Shown here in pieces: positions 1 to 8,223 of a stretch of DNA of 64,000 nt. The notes below the pieces were generated by a model. It saw nothing but the letters and a program-made list of their open reading frames with translations, was not told the origin of the DNA and made no database searches. How positions within the stretch are numbered: the first letter of the stretch is position 1; each line of letters starts with the position of its first letter. The stretch lies in sequence record OR493421.1; one strand, given 5' to 3'. The translations under genes were made by a program, and so were the position numbers.

Positions 1-41
1 GCCTCTCCTGGTTAAAATCTAAGTGTAGGGGGGGGGGGTTA

Positions 42-365
42 TTATGCAGCTTCTTCTTGGGTTTGATTGTGTTCTGGTAATGCTTTATTTTGTTCGAAGG
101 TATAACTCTTAACGTACCAATCGTTTTCTTTTCTTTCTACAATGTTGGGAATAAAACGCTCAACAGTGTTACTCGCGGTAACACGCACTAAATGTCGATC
201 GACTCTCAAAAGGGAGTTAATACCCGCGGCCTTTAAACACTCAGGATAGTGAGCTGGATTAAGTAACGTCGTCGGCTCTAAATAAACCGCTTCGTTAGCT
301 TTCCAACTACCCTTAGAGATAGCCTCTCCCATTTCCAGATATTTCTCGACTTCATCGTACGTCAT
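42..365 (-). CDS. hypothetical protein (107 aa)
   Basis: ORF in the minus-strand gene run; GGGGTGGG RBS-like sequence upstream; no recognised motif. Confidence 0.6.
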   Translation of the reverse strand: MTYDEVEKYLEMGEAISKGSWKANEAVYLEPTTLLNPAHYPECLKAAGINSLLRVDRHLVRVTASNTVERFIPNIVERKENDWYVKSYTFEQNKALPEHNQTQEEAA

Positions 366-406
366 TTACCCACCCCACGTTTTAAGTTTAAAAATATTGC
401 ATAAGA

Positions 407-835
407 TTAACGTCTTCGTAACGCTTCATTTAAAATCTTTTTATTATAAGCAAGTTCTTCCTGTTCTATTCTGTCTTTATGAGTAGAGTAATATCCGCTC
501 AAGATTCTACCGGTTTCTGGTCTGAGACAGTTTCTGCCGTACTCTCTTTCTAACACATCTAGGATGTTCCTGACGCGTTTTATACGACGAGAAGTTGTTG
601 GTTCAATTTGACTGAATATGATCTGGTAATCGTCAACATAATCAACTACAGTCACATCAAAGTTATCTTGAAAGAGATCTCTCAATCTCTCTCTTGAACT
701 GGGGTTAAGGGAAAAAGGAGGTATTCTGAACCAAAAGGGCCTTTCTCCCGTTAAAGAGAATTCGCCTTCCTTTAACGTTAACCCAGTATGGTTTTTTATA
801 AGCTTAAAAAGTGATACAGTAAGTTTATCAGACAT
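407..835 (-). CDS. hypothetical protein (142 aa)
   Basis: ORF tightly packed with neighbours; AGAGG/AGGGG upstream. Confidence 0.6.
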   Translation of the reverse strand: MSDKLTVSLFKLIKNHTGLTLKEGEFSLTGERPFWFRIPPFSLNPSSRERLRDLFQDNFDVTVVDYVDDYQIIFSQIEPTTSRRIKRVRNILDVLEREYGRNCLRPETGRILSGYYSTHKDRIEQEELAYNKKILNEALRRR

Positions 836-848
836 ACCCCTTTACCTC

Positions 849-1316
849 TTAATCTATCCAGTCGATGCTTTCTCCGGATAAGTAGAACGTTTTACCAATA
901 AGCGACTCACACTGTCGTTTGAGATCTTCCATTTGCTCTTCTGTGACCTTGTAAGCCAGCGAAATATGGGGGATGTAATCCGGATAGGAATGACCATACC
1001 CGCATTGTATTAACCGATCGTGTTCTTCTGTCAGTTCAGGAGAATCCAGTTCGAGTACAACGGCTGAGATAATATCTCCTTTACGCTCTCCGAGTTCCTT
1101 GATTCCAATAACCTTTCCCTCGAAGATCTTTTCAGGGATCATAGGTACGTTGGGAATGACTCCATCTTGATGAATATCAAAAATAAGCGTAGCGTGATAC
1201 GACCCTTCATCTAACGGAAGACATCCAGCGTCCAACACCTTATCTTTAAGAATGTCTTCCTGAGTGGGAATGACTTTAACCGAAATATAACCTAATGACA
1301 ACTCTTCTTCACTCAT
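849..1316 (-). CDS. acb1: Acb1 / T4 gp57B-like 2H phosphodiesterase (probable anti-CBASS nuclease)
   Basis: Two 2H motifs (YHATL, PHISL); 155 aa; GYGHSYPDYIPHISLAY closely resembles the Acb1 family signature; single-domain architecture. Confidence 0.8.
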   Translation of the reverse strand: MSEEELSLGYISVKVIPTQEDILKDKVLDAGCLPLDEGSYHATLIFDIHQDGVIPNVPMIPEKIFEGKVIGIKELGERKGDIISAVVLELDSPELTEEHDRLIQCGYGHSYPDYIPHISLAYKVTEEQMEDLKRQCESLIGKTFYLSGESIDWID

Positions 1317-1429
1317 TTTTTATACGCCATTTTAACGGAGAGTTTAACAATGAGATAAACCAGTAATCCAAAACTCACCCCCAGGATAAGTAATCCTCCG
1401 AGTAGCTTTAATGGCATTATGATATTCAT
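1313..1429 (-). CDS. 38-aa single-pass membrane peptide (not in ORF track)
   Basis: Manual translation MNIIMPLKLLGGLLILGVSFGLLVYLIVKLSVKMAYKK; AGGAG RBS 6 nt upstream; its TGA overlaps the acb1 ATG (ATGA). Confidence 0.6.
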   Translation of the reverse strand: MNIIMPLKLLGGLLILGVSFGLLVYLIVKLSVKMAYKK

Positions 1430-1492
1430 GGTTATCTCCTAGATTACAGTATTTGAACTAATAAGTTTAGATTATCGTATTTCTTTACTGAT

Positions 1493-1499
1493 CATAAAA
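1493..1499 (-). promoter_or_regulatory. TTTTATG motif, candidate late (TATG-type) promoter
   Basis: Same 7-mer at 27588, 50870 and 53593, each 55-65 nt upstream of a start codon; TATG is the known phiKZ late-promoter core. Confidence 0.35.
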
Positions 1500-1502
1500 C
1501 AT

Positions 1503-1706
1503 CCTATGTCTTTAGCCGACGAACTGTTTATTCCCCTGAGAAGGAATAAGCAACTTTGTTCAGTCGGGGTTTCTCTCCAGGTTGCATGGGTGAGTGTAAG
1601 CATAAGAAAGTATGAGCGTAGCGAATACCTTGATTGATGCTGAAACGAACGAATTGACTTAGCCTAGCCCTTTAGGCCGAAGGCCTAATATATTGCGCTA
1701 GAGCTA
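1503..1706. ncRNA. candidate structured non-coding element
   Basis: Nested stems 1516-1567 (19 bp, two bulges), 1503-1509/1584-1590 and 1660-1706 (inner TTAGGCC-GAA-GGCCTAA) in a ~370 bp intergenic region. Confidence 0.3.
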
Positions 1707-1763
1707 TTTATACTATACTATCCTAGGTTTAACATTAATTAACTAAAAATAAATTCATAAGAG

Positions 1764-1795
1764 TACTCCTACTCCCGTAATAGGGAGTAGGAGTA
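1764..1795. terminator. 13-bp hairpin, member of dispersed intergenic family
   Basis: TACTCCTACTCCC-GTAATA-GGGAGTAGGAGTA just downstream of the 1806..2156 gene. Confidence 0.6.
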
Positions 1796-1805
1796 GATCA
1801 ACGTT

Positions 1806-2156
1806 TTATGCGTTAAAGGTTAGCGGGTAAACTCGTTTAAGTGTATAATCCTTTATATAAAACGTTTTATGGCTAGACGACGATAAATGATCGTACTCTA
1901 TTTTAACGTTTAAGAGCTCTCCGTAGTCCTTAGAGAGCTTTAAGGCGAGTTCGACATAAAGATCGGGAGTATTATAAATTCCCGTCTGTAGGGCGCCGGA
2001 GATGATGTACCGAAGGGTTTCATGCGTAGGAGGGAGTTGGGGGCGTTTATTCTTACGTGTCGTTATGACGAGCAGAACGATCAGTAAGATACAAATAAAG
2101 AATCCCAGGAAGATCTCGAGAAGTTTAATAAGGTCAAACATAGTAATTTTATCCAT
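1806..2156 (-). CDS. membrane protein, N-terminal TM helix (116 aa)
   Basis: Hydrophobic IFLGFFICILLIVLLVIT followed by basic TRKNKR. Confidence 0.65.
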   Translation of the reverse strand: MDKITMFDLIKLLEIFLGFFICILLIVLLVITTRKNKRPQLPPTHETLRYIISGALQTGIYNTPDLYVELALKLSKDYGELLNVKIEYDHLSSSSHKTFYIKDYTLKRVYPLTFNA

Positions 2157-2253
2157 ATTTAATAATAGCGTAAAAGAAAACGATCAAAACTATTGTCACG
2201 CAAAGGAACAGCGCAGCGATATCAAAGAAATCAGAAAGCTTATGCTTGGCCAT
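2149..2253 (-). CDS. 34-aa single-pass membrane peptide (not in ORF track)
   Basis: Manual translation MAKHKLSDFFDIAALFLCVTIVLIVFFYAIIKYG; fills the gap between two genes, 8-nt overlap with the next start, AGGT upstream. Confidence 0.5.
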   Translation of the reverse strand: MAKHKLSDFFDIAALFLCVTIVLIVFFYAIIKYG

Positions 2254-2256
2254 AGG

Positions 2257-3135
2257 TTATACCTGAACGAGATCGAAACAAATAAGAGTTCTATTATATT
2301 TATAGAAATCTGACGATACTGAGACACGAGGAGCGAAGACGAATTGTGTCCGACGAATAAAACATGGGACTTTCCCGACAGGGAAATTAAAATCGATTTT
2401 CGCTTTAATAACGAACGCATCGTCGCTATAATCTTCGATGTGAAACTCCTTAATGGACCCTAGTGATAGAGCTAAATCAATTTTTCTCCATCTTTCTTTC
2501 GATCTTCCAGTAGGTGGCCGGCCAAACTCACCGACGGATTTTTTATCGCAAAGGTAGCGCATCGCATTAATAAGCTCATCCCGACTCCATCGTTTTTTAC
2601 AGAAATACCCCAAGATAAATATATCTGAATAATCTGACTTCACCTCGGTCCGACCAAAAGCATATCCGGCGGAATTATTTTTGCACTCCGAAATAATTGA
2701 TGGATCGATTTTAGATCCCCCTGGTTTAAGATCAAACGCAACGATTTTTGGTCTTCCAGTCGTGTCACAAACCACCCTGGGGATAAACTCCAGTTCAGAG
2801 TGCGATTCATATTCCTTTAAGAATCTTATTTTGGCGCTAATGTGATAAAACCCTTCCTTGCGTTCGTACTGCCATCCCCCAGTGAAGAAAGCAAAGAGTG
2901 TTTCGAAACTGATAGTGGGTTTATTTAAACATTCTTCGTTATCGAAATAAACGGGGTCTGTAATAATTTCCCCCACCTCTCCTTTCTCAATTAAAGCCTC
3001 TAAAGAAGCCTCTAAAGACTGTTCACTAAAAAGTTGATCGGATACTCCGCCTAAGTCAACCAAATAAGTATCTTCGTTGCGCTCTAATTTTTCTTTACTC
3101 TGAGAAGCTGAGATGACCGCCCTAAATTTTTTCAT
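2257..3135 (-). CDS. two-domain protein with internal duplication; possible degenerate prohead-protease-like fold
   Basis: Both halves carry VGE...P, I.AKI.F, F.PRV and [IL][VI].FDL; GGAG RBS. Confidence 0.6.
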   Translation of the reverse strand: MKKFRAVISASQSKEKLERNEDTYLVDLGGVSDQLFSEQSLEASLEALIEKGEVGEIITDPVYFDNEECLNKPTISFETLFAFFTGGWQYERKEGFYHISAKIRFLKEYESHSELEFIPRVVCDTTGRPKIVAFDLKPGGSKIDPSIISECKNNSAGYAFGRTEVKSDYSDIFILGYFCKKRWSRDELINAMRYLCDKKSVGEFGRPPTGRSKERWRKIDLALSLGSIKEFHIEDYSDDAFVIKAKIDFNFPVGKVPCFIRRTQFVFAPRVSVSSDFYKYNRTLICFDLVQV

Positions 3136-3224
3136 TATACTTACTCCGTAACTAAATCAAAACAAATAAATGACGCGCGGCGCGAAAATCAAATTAGGAT
3201 TGACACTGTTATAGTAAACTTTAC

Positions 3225-3461
3225 TCATGATTGGTTTTCCTTCAAATAACCATCTATAACGCCCTGTATAGCTTTCATACACTCAGGACATGGTTGTGTA
3301 TAGCTTTGATTAGAAATCGCCAGTATGGCATGTCCAGCTCCCTGGAACATCCAAGGTTCAGGTTTAGCACCACAGTAAGTCTTTTGTTTGAAATAGGGGA
3401 GTTCTTTTCCATCTTCGTGTTGGACGATGGAAACGTGATGTTGATAATCTTTGAGTTTCAT
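3225..3461 (-). CDS. small putative zinc-binding protein (78 aa)
   Basis: TYCG...HA...PCPEC Cys/His pattern. Confidence 0.55.
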   Translation of the reverse strand: MKLKDYQHHVSIVQHEDGKELPYFKQKTYCGAKPEPWMFQGAGHAILAISNQSYTQPCPECMKAIQGVIDGYLKENQS

Positions 3462-3497
3462 AGTTTACCTAATGAGTGTATGTTTTAGAAATCGAAC

Positions 3498-3884
3498 TTA
3501 GATAAGTTCGCCTAAAATGCGCGAGGAGATCCGGTCAACCCGCTTTAAATAAATCGGAATATGTTCAAAGCATTCTTTGGTGTTACTCCAATACGGAGAA
3601 ATAATGAAAAGGGCGTCGGACCTTACTATTACCGAACATTTAAGAAAACTGTACAGTTCAGCGAAGTCCGGATGGTTAAGTAACTCATCAAGACTACGAA
3701 CCTCTTTTCTTAATTTAGACACCAGTGAATCCAACTCCTTAGATTTTTCATCTATTTCCTCTTTAAGTTTTCTTTCGGCTTCTTTCTTCTCCAACACTCC
3801 CTTTAAGAATTTAATCCAAAAAAGAGTCAGCAGTACACCTAACCCAATTCCAAAAATGATAGAGACTAACGATAATTCAACCAT
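3498..3884 (-). CDS. membrane protein, N-terminal TM plus coiled coil (128 aa)
   Basis: LSLVSIIFGIGLGVLLTLFWI then a charged helical segment; GGAG RBS. Confidence 0.65.
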   Translation of the reverse strand: MVELSLVSIIFGIGLGVLLTLFWIKFLKGVLEKKEAERKLKEEIDEKSKELDSLVSKLRKEVRSLDELLNHPDFAELYSFLKCSVIVRSDALFIISPYWSNTKECFEHIPIYLKRVDRISSRILGELI

Positions 3885-4371
3885 TTTTATTTTTCTCCAG
3901 TAATAGACCTAAGAAGATTAATAACTTTGAGGAATCAGTTGATACGGCGTATGCACCGGTTCTAAAGATAGACTTAAATCTTATCTTGATCCTATCCTCC
4001 GATAATTTAACATCTAATTGTTTGAATCTCAGTTTCTTACGCAGTATCGCGTCCTTCCTTAAAAAGTAGTCTAGTGCGATAAGGAGTTCTTTCTCATTCT
4101 TTATTAGGAACTTGGGGATGGAATACTTATCCGGCGTAATACCTTCAAAGACAAGGAATGACTCAATTAATTCCGCTAACTTATAATCATTCTCTTCTCT
4201 TCGTTTGTTTTTCTTACGTGTCTTCACTAACGATATCGACCACCCTACTAATCCAGCCCACAACAAACCGTTAATGATATCTCCAAACAAGTAAATGTAA
4301 CCCTCTACATCCCTTCCTTTCAAATCCGAGGATAACGAGTTAAAAACACCGACCCATTCGTCTAAAAGCAT
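3877..4371 (-). CDS. membrane protein (164 aa)
   Basis: TM segment IINGLLWAGLVGWSISLV followed by KTRKKNKRR; overlaps the next gene by 8 nt. Confidence 0.6.
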   Translation of the reverse strand: MLLDEWVGVFNSLSSDLKGRDVEGYIYLFGDIINGLLWAGLVGWSISLVKTRKKNKRREENDYKLAELIESFLVFEGITPDKYSIPKFLIKNEKELLIALDYFLRKDAILRKKLRFKQLDVKLSEDRIKIRFKSIFRTGAYAVSTDSSKLLIFLGLLLEKNKNG

Positions 4372-4400
4372 GATTCGTTTCCAAAAGTTAAATTGACGAA

Positions 4401-4432
4401 TTATATCCTGGGCGGAACCGCCCAGGATATAA
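4401..4432 (-). terminator. 14-bp hairpin after the HslU-like gene
   Basis: TTATATCCTGGGCG-GAAC-CGCCCAGGATATAA. Confidence 0.6.
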
Positions 4433-4434
4433 GT

Positions 4435-5775
4435 TTAAACCGATTCTAATAAACCGTCTCTAATCGTTTTAAGTGCTTTATCCGCTACGAACTCTGATAA
4501 AGTTATCTCTTTATCTATCTCGTCCATGAGATAATAAATTTTAGCGATTTCGCTAATCACCGCTGTTAACCGACGAACACCAATAGGTTTGATCTTTTCA
4601 TCATTGATCACTGACTCTGCGATGTGTTTTGAAACTTCATTTGGAATAATGAAGTTTTCACACCCCTTATTGCGAAGAATGAGTTTGACCATACCCCACG
4701 GGTCTACTACCTGGGAAGTCAACATCCGGTAAAGACTATCTTCAGTAGGGTCCTTAACAGTTAAACGTGTAGGGAGGCGACCTAAGAGTTCGGTGGGGAT
4801 ATCTTTAAAGTCAACCATGTCAAAAGCGCCAGCACAGATAAAGATGATGTTTGACGTATCAAACATATCCCCTCCGCACATAATGTTCGATCCGGACAGA
4901 TACGCTAAAATCTCCCTAATGATCCCATGAGTACCAACGTTGTATTGTCCGTTCTTACCCATAAGGATTTTATCAATCTCATCGATCATGACGATACCCT
5001 TATTTTGGGCGTACTCTTTGACTCCAGGATTAGAATCTTTTATTCCACCTAACCTGAACTTATCAATGAGACTTGTATCGAATTTAAACGAGTAGGGTTT
5101 ATATGGGGTGGATAGCTTGTTTAACAGACTATTAATCTTAGTCCTCTCTTTATCGGTAAATTCCTTCCCTTCGGTTAGTTCGGCATAAAGTTTCTTAGGT
5201 GTTTTGCTACGGAAACAAAGTTTGATTCTGTACGGTATCCCCTTTTCATACAAACGTATAGAGTGGGCGAAGGCAGGTCGCTTAGGACCCATTTTATCCA
5301 TACGAACACCCAAGTCGATTAATTCTTTTTCTATCGCTTTAAAACGATTGTCGGCTTCCTCAATATCTTTATCGTCCTGTGTAGGAGGGGGAACGTCGAA
5401 CCCACCCTTAATTTGATCTTTCTCTTTAAGAATCCTTTCTGCTTCATCGATCAGCATCTTAGGAATGTCTGATAAGGAAGCTCCGACGTAACCAGAGGAC
5501 GTAAAATCTGTGGCGTTGACACTGACAAAAGGAAGTCCCAAAGATCGGCAGATAAAGTTAATTGAATGACTTTTACCGTTACCGGATTTCCCCCTAACCA
5601 GCATATTTAAAGGGGGGATATAAATCCCAGTTTCTTTAGCAAAGGCTAAATTGTTATGGTAGATTTCTCGTAGTTTGATATTGGTTACAATACCCTCTAC
5701 TAATTCAGGTTGTCCGATTAAACGGTCGTCAAAATAAGCAGTGAGTTTTTTCTGCACATCATCAATTGAAACCAT
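4435..5775 (-). CDS. hslU: HslU/ClpX-family AAA+ unfoldase
   Basis: N-terminal IGQ, Walker A GKSGNGKS, pore loop SGYVG, Walker B VMIDEIDKI, ELLGRLP, sensor GVRRL; large insertion where the HslU I-domain sits. Confidence 0.85.
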   Translation of the reverse strand: MVSIDDVQKKLTAYFDDRLIGQPELVEGIVTNIKLREIYHNNLAFAKETGIYIPPLNMLVRGKSGNGKSHSINFICRSLGLPFVSVNATDFTSSGYVGASLSDIPKMLIDEAERILKEKDQIKGGFDVPPPTQDDKDIEEADNRFKAIEKELIDLGVRMDKMGPKRPAFAHSIRLYEKGIPYRIKLCFRSKTPKKLYAELTEGKEFTDKERTKINSLLNKLSTPYKPYSFKFDTSLIDKFRLGGIKDSNPGVKEYAQNKGIVMIDEIDKILMGKNGQYNVGTHGIIREILAYLSGSNIMCGGDMFDTSNIIFICAGAFDMVDFKDIPTELLGRLPTRLTVKDPTEDSLYRMLTSQVVDPWGMVKLILRNKGCENFIIPNEVSKHIAESVINDEKIKPIGVRRLTAVISEIAKIYYLMDEIDKEITLSEFVADKALKTIRDGLLESV

Positions 5776-5777
5776 GA

Positions 5778-6299
5778 TTATCTTTTCCTAAAGTAATAAG
5801 GATATTTAATTTTGGGTGGGTTGTGTACGGGGACGAAACCTACGTCGTCGAGTTCTGGATTTCTCGCCGCTTCTTTAGCGAGAACATCGCAACGTTCATT
5901 ATACTTATCACCGTTGTGTGCTTTAACTTTCACGTAGGTGACCTTATGAAATTTGCTTGCGTCAATCAACGCCTGCCAAAGGTCTTTATTTTTAACTGCT
6001 TCTCCGTAACCCGTCACCCAATTCCGTTTTCTCCAACCGTAGATCCATTTAGTCATCCCATCGATGAGATATTGACTGTCGGTATGAACGATAATTCTTT
6101 TCGGGTAATCGAACTCCAATAGCGCTTCTAAACACGCCATCATTTCCATTCGGTTATTTGTGGTTTTAAAATAACCTTTGTTTTGTTCTATTGTATATTT
6201 TTCATCCTTACCGACGATAATGTACGCCCACCCACCTGGCCCTCCGGCAGAACTATTCTCAAGGCAGCTGCCGTCGGTGTAGATAATAATTTGATCCAA
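5778..6299 (-). CDS. rnhA: ribonuclease HI
   Basis: IYTDGSC, TTNNRMEM, TDSQY, WRKRNW...VKNKDLW, VKAHNG..YNERCD; TTG start. Confidence 0.95.
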   Translation of the reverse strand: MDQIIIYTDGSCLENSSAGGPGGWAYIIVGKDEKYTIEQNKGYFKTTNNRMEMMACLEALLEFDYPKRIIVHTDSQYLIDGMTKWIYGWRKRNWVTGYGEAVKNKDLWQALIDASKFHKVTYVKVKAHNGDKYNERCDVLAKEAARNPELDDVGFVPVHNPPKIKYPYYFRKR

Positions 6300-6322
6300 G
6301 ATCTTACCCTCGTTGGTTAAAT

Positions 6323-6344
6323 AGGGGAGAACTTAATCTCCCCT
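6323..6344. terminator. 8-bp intergenic hairpin
   Basis: AGGGGAGA-ACTTAA-TCTCCCCT. Confidence 0.45.
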
Positions 6345-6351
6345 CTCAACG

Positions 6352-6957
6352 TTACTTAATCGATTGGACCAATTCGTGTTTAAATCCGAATTCCCCAAAC
6401 GGTACGGTGAAAACGTAAACCTGACGGAGTTCTTGCCTAACGATATTTTTACGATTAGGCGAGCCGACATCAGTCGTAGAAACAACCTTCAAAAAACGTT
6501 GGTTTTTCGAATTAACGTTGGTCGACACGTAAAACTCGTTATTCACAAAAATACCGGGTTGGATTTCCTTCTCCGTTGACCAGGATCCGTCATCCAAACA
6601 GACGCGGAGGTATTTGTGATTCTTAGGATCGTCGCAGAACTGCTCTCCCATCGTTTGTCGATGAATTACCTGAGAAAAGATCTCTTCGGATAAACCCTGG
6701 AGTTTATCAAAGACCCCTTCTTTCTGTTGACTGATAATCGCCCCACCCATGGCCATTAAAGTAACAAACGGGAACAACCCCATAGGTTTAATAGGAACGC
6801 CTGAGGACGATTTTGTTGTCGGTATGGTAGCAATGAGCGTCTTACCTTCGTAAAGCTCAGCAGGAAGGTTCTCGTGGCCTTTATCGACCTTAATAGTAAA
6901 GTCGTTAACAATGAGTTTGTTAAACGACTTTAATTCTTCGAAACGAATTTTTAACAT
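6352..6957 (-). CDS. hypothetical protein (201 aa)
   Basis: Long ORF in operon context; no recognised motif. Confidence 0.65.
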   Translation of the reverse strand: MLKIRFEELKSFNKLIVNDFTIKVDKGHENLPAELYEGKTLIATIPTTKSSSGVPIKPMGLFPFVTLMAMGGAIISQQKEGVFDKLQGLSEEIFSQVIHRQTMGEQFCDDPKNHKYLRVCLDDGSWSTEKEIQPGIFVNNEFYVSTNVNSKNQRFLKVVSTTDVGSPNRKNIVRQELRQVYVFTVPFGEFGFKHELVQSIK

Positions 6958-6960
6958 GGT

Positions 6961-8223
6961 TTAAATCCCCACACTTAAAGCTGTATCAATCATCCCCAAC
7001 AGACGAAGACGGGACATAATGGCGTCAGAGAAAGATTCAACGATAGTCGACTCCACAGTGTTACTCTGGAACGGACCCTGATAAATAGTCTGTTCAGTAT
7101 CCCTATTGAAAATGAGCTTAGCCACTTTAGCCGTGATTTCACTGCGGGAATCTTTCTCTCTAACAACAATTTCATCCCTAATATCGACGTAACGATAAGG
7201 TGTCGAGATAATCATTTCAACACCCTTGTCGGATTCATAGGTGCGAGGATAAAGCCCGCCTTTACGTACCGCTATCAGAGTGACATCACCGATGGAGTAC
7301 TCTAAAAAATCTACTTTACGTTTGATTAGAACGCCGGCGACCGTATTAAGCTGTACGCCTGAGTAAACGTTGAAAGAGCTCCCGTCGAAATCTACGTTAG
7401 AACTTCTGGAGCTGATGTTGGAGTTTTCTAAACTAACTTTACTTGCTGTGATCCCACCTTCGGCATTAATTCTGGTTTGAAGAAACACAGAGTTGACGAC
7501 GGAAACCCTCTTTCCTCTCAGTCCGGAGTCACGAATAACACTTTTTACAATATAAGGTGATTCGGATAACGACCCTTCATCAATCTCTGACCGTACAATG
7601 GTCGGGTTAACGAGCTTATGGTAATCCGAATACCGAGAATTGTAAACATAGGAAGATATCAGCGTTCCTTCTGTGATATCCTGATTGATAACGAGATTAA
7701 TCCCGTAAACATATTTGAGTGAAACAGTGGAGTTAAGAACTACCAGAGTAGTTTTGTTTCCTGTTTCAGGTTTAAGGTTAAAAGATGGGTGGAACGCATC
7801 ACGTAATCGGTAATCGTTCACCGAGGCGTCCTCTCCCATGGGCATGAAGTCCTCATCGAACATCCCACCGCCAGATTTAGTCTGAAGTGTCACGGAGGAG
7901 CCCTTGCTTAAAACGATCCGATATTCTTTATCAGATTGCTTAAACGTAAACTCTTTCAAACCCTCAGCAGACCCGTATTCAAAGAGTCTTTTTAGCTTCT
8001 TGTTTTTATCGCGGATGTACATAAAGAATCCGAACCGAAATTGGAAATCGTCCATGCCCGCTTTATCCACGTCAACTAATTCGGAAGTTTTATCCTCTCC
8101 GTCGATCATCAGATGATAGTCGCGTTTAGGATTAGCAACCTGTATCTGTTTCTCTTTAAGTTTAAAAACGCCTGGTTCTTTTTTCTCTACTTTGGTTTCT
8201 TTGGTCATTTTGTCGATATCCAA
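6961..8223 (-). CDS. hypothetical protein (420 aa)
   Basis: Long ORF; Ser/Val/Ile-rich beta-strand-like middle section; function unknown. Confidence 0.7.
   Translation of the reverse strand: MDIDKMTKETKVEKKEPGVFKLKEKQIQVANPKRDYHLMIDGEDKTSELVDVDKAGMDDFQFRFGFFMYIRDKNKKLKRLFEYGSAEGLKEFTFKQSDKEYRIVLSKGSSVTLQTKSGGGMFDEDFMPMGEDASVNDYRLRDAFHPSFNLKPETGNKTTLVVLNSTVSLKYVYGINLVINQDITEGTLISSYVYNSRYSDYHKLVNPTIVRSEIDEGSLSESPYIVKSVIRDSGLRGKRVSVVNSVFLQTRINAEGGITASKVSLENSNISSRSSNVDFDGSSFNVYSGVQLNTVAGVLIKRKVDFLEYSIGDVTLIAVRKGGLYPRTYESDKGVEMIISTPYRYVDIRDEIVVREKDSRSEITAKVAKLIFNRDTEQTIYQGPFQSNTVESTIVESFSDAIMSRLRLLGMIDTALSVGI

Noticed and set aside
1503-1706. Possible hammerhead ribozyme or tRNA in the structured region (CUGAGAA loop, GAAAC nearby)
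   Set aside because: The loop is not CUGANGA, the stems do not form the hammerhead junction, and there is no cloverleaf or T-loop consensus.
2196-2420. 74-aa minus ORF
   Set aside because: Nested over the end of the 292-aa gene in another frame; the 34-aa TM ORF at 2149-2253 explains the gap better.
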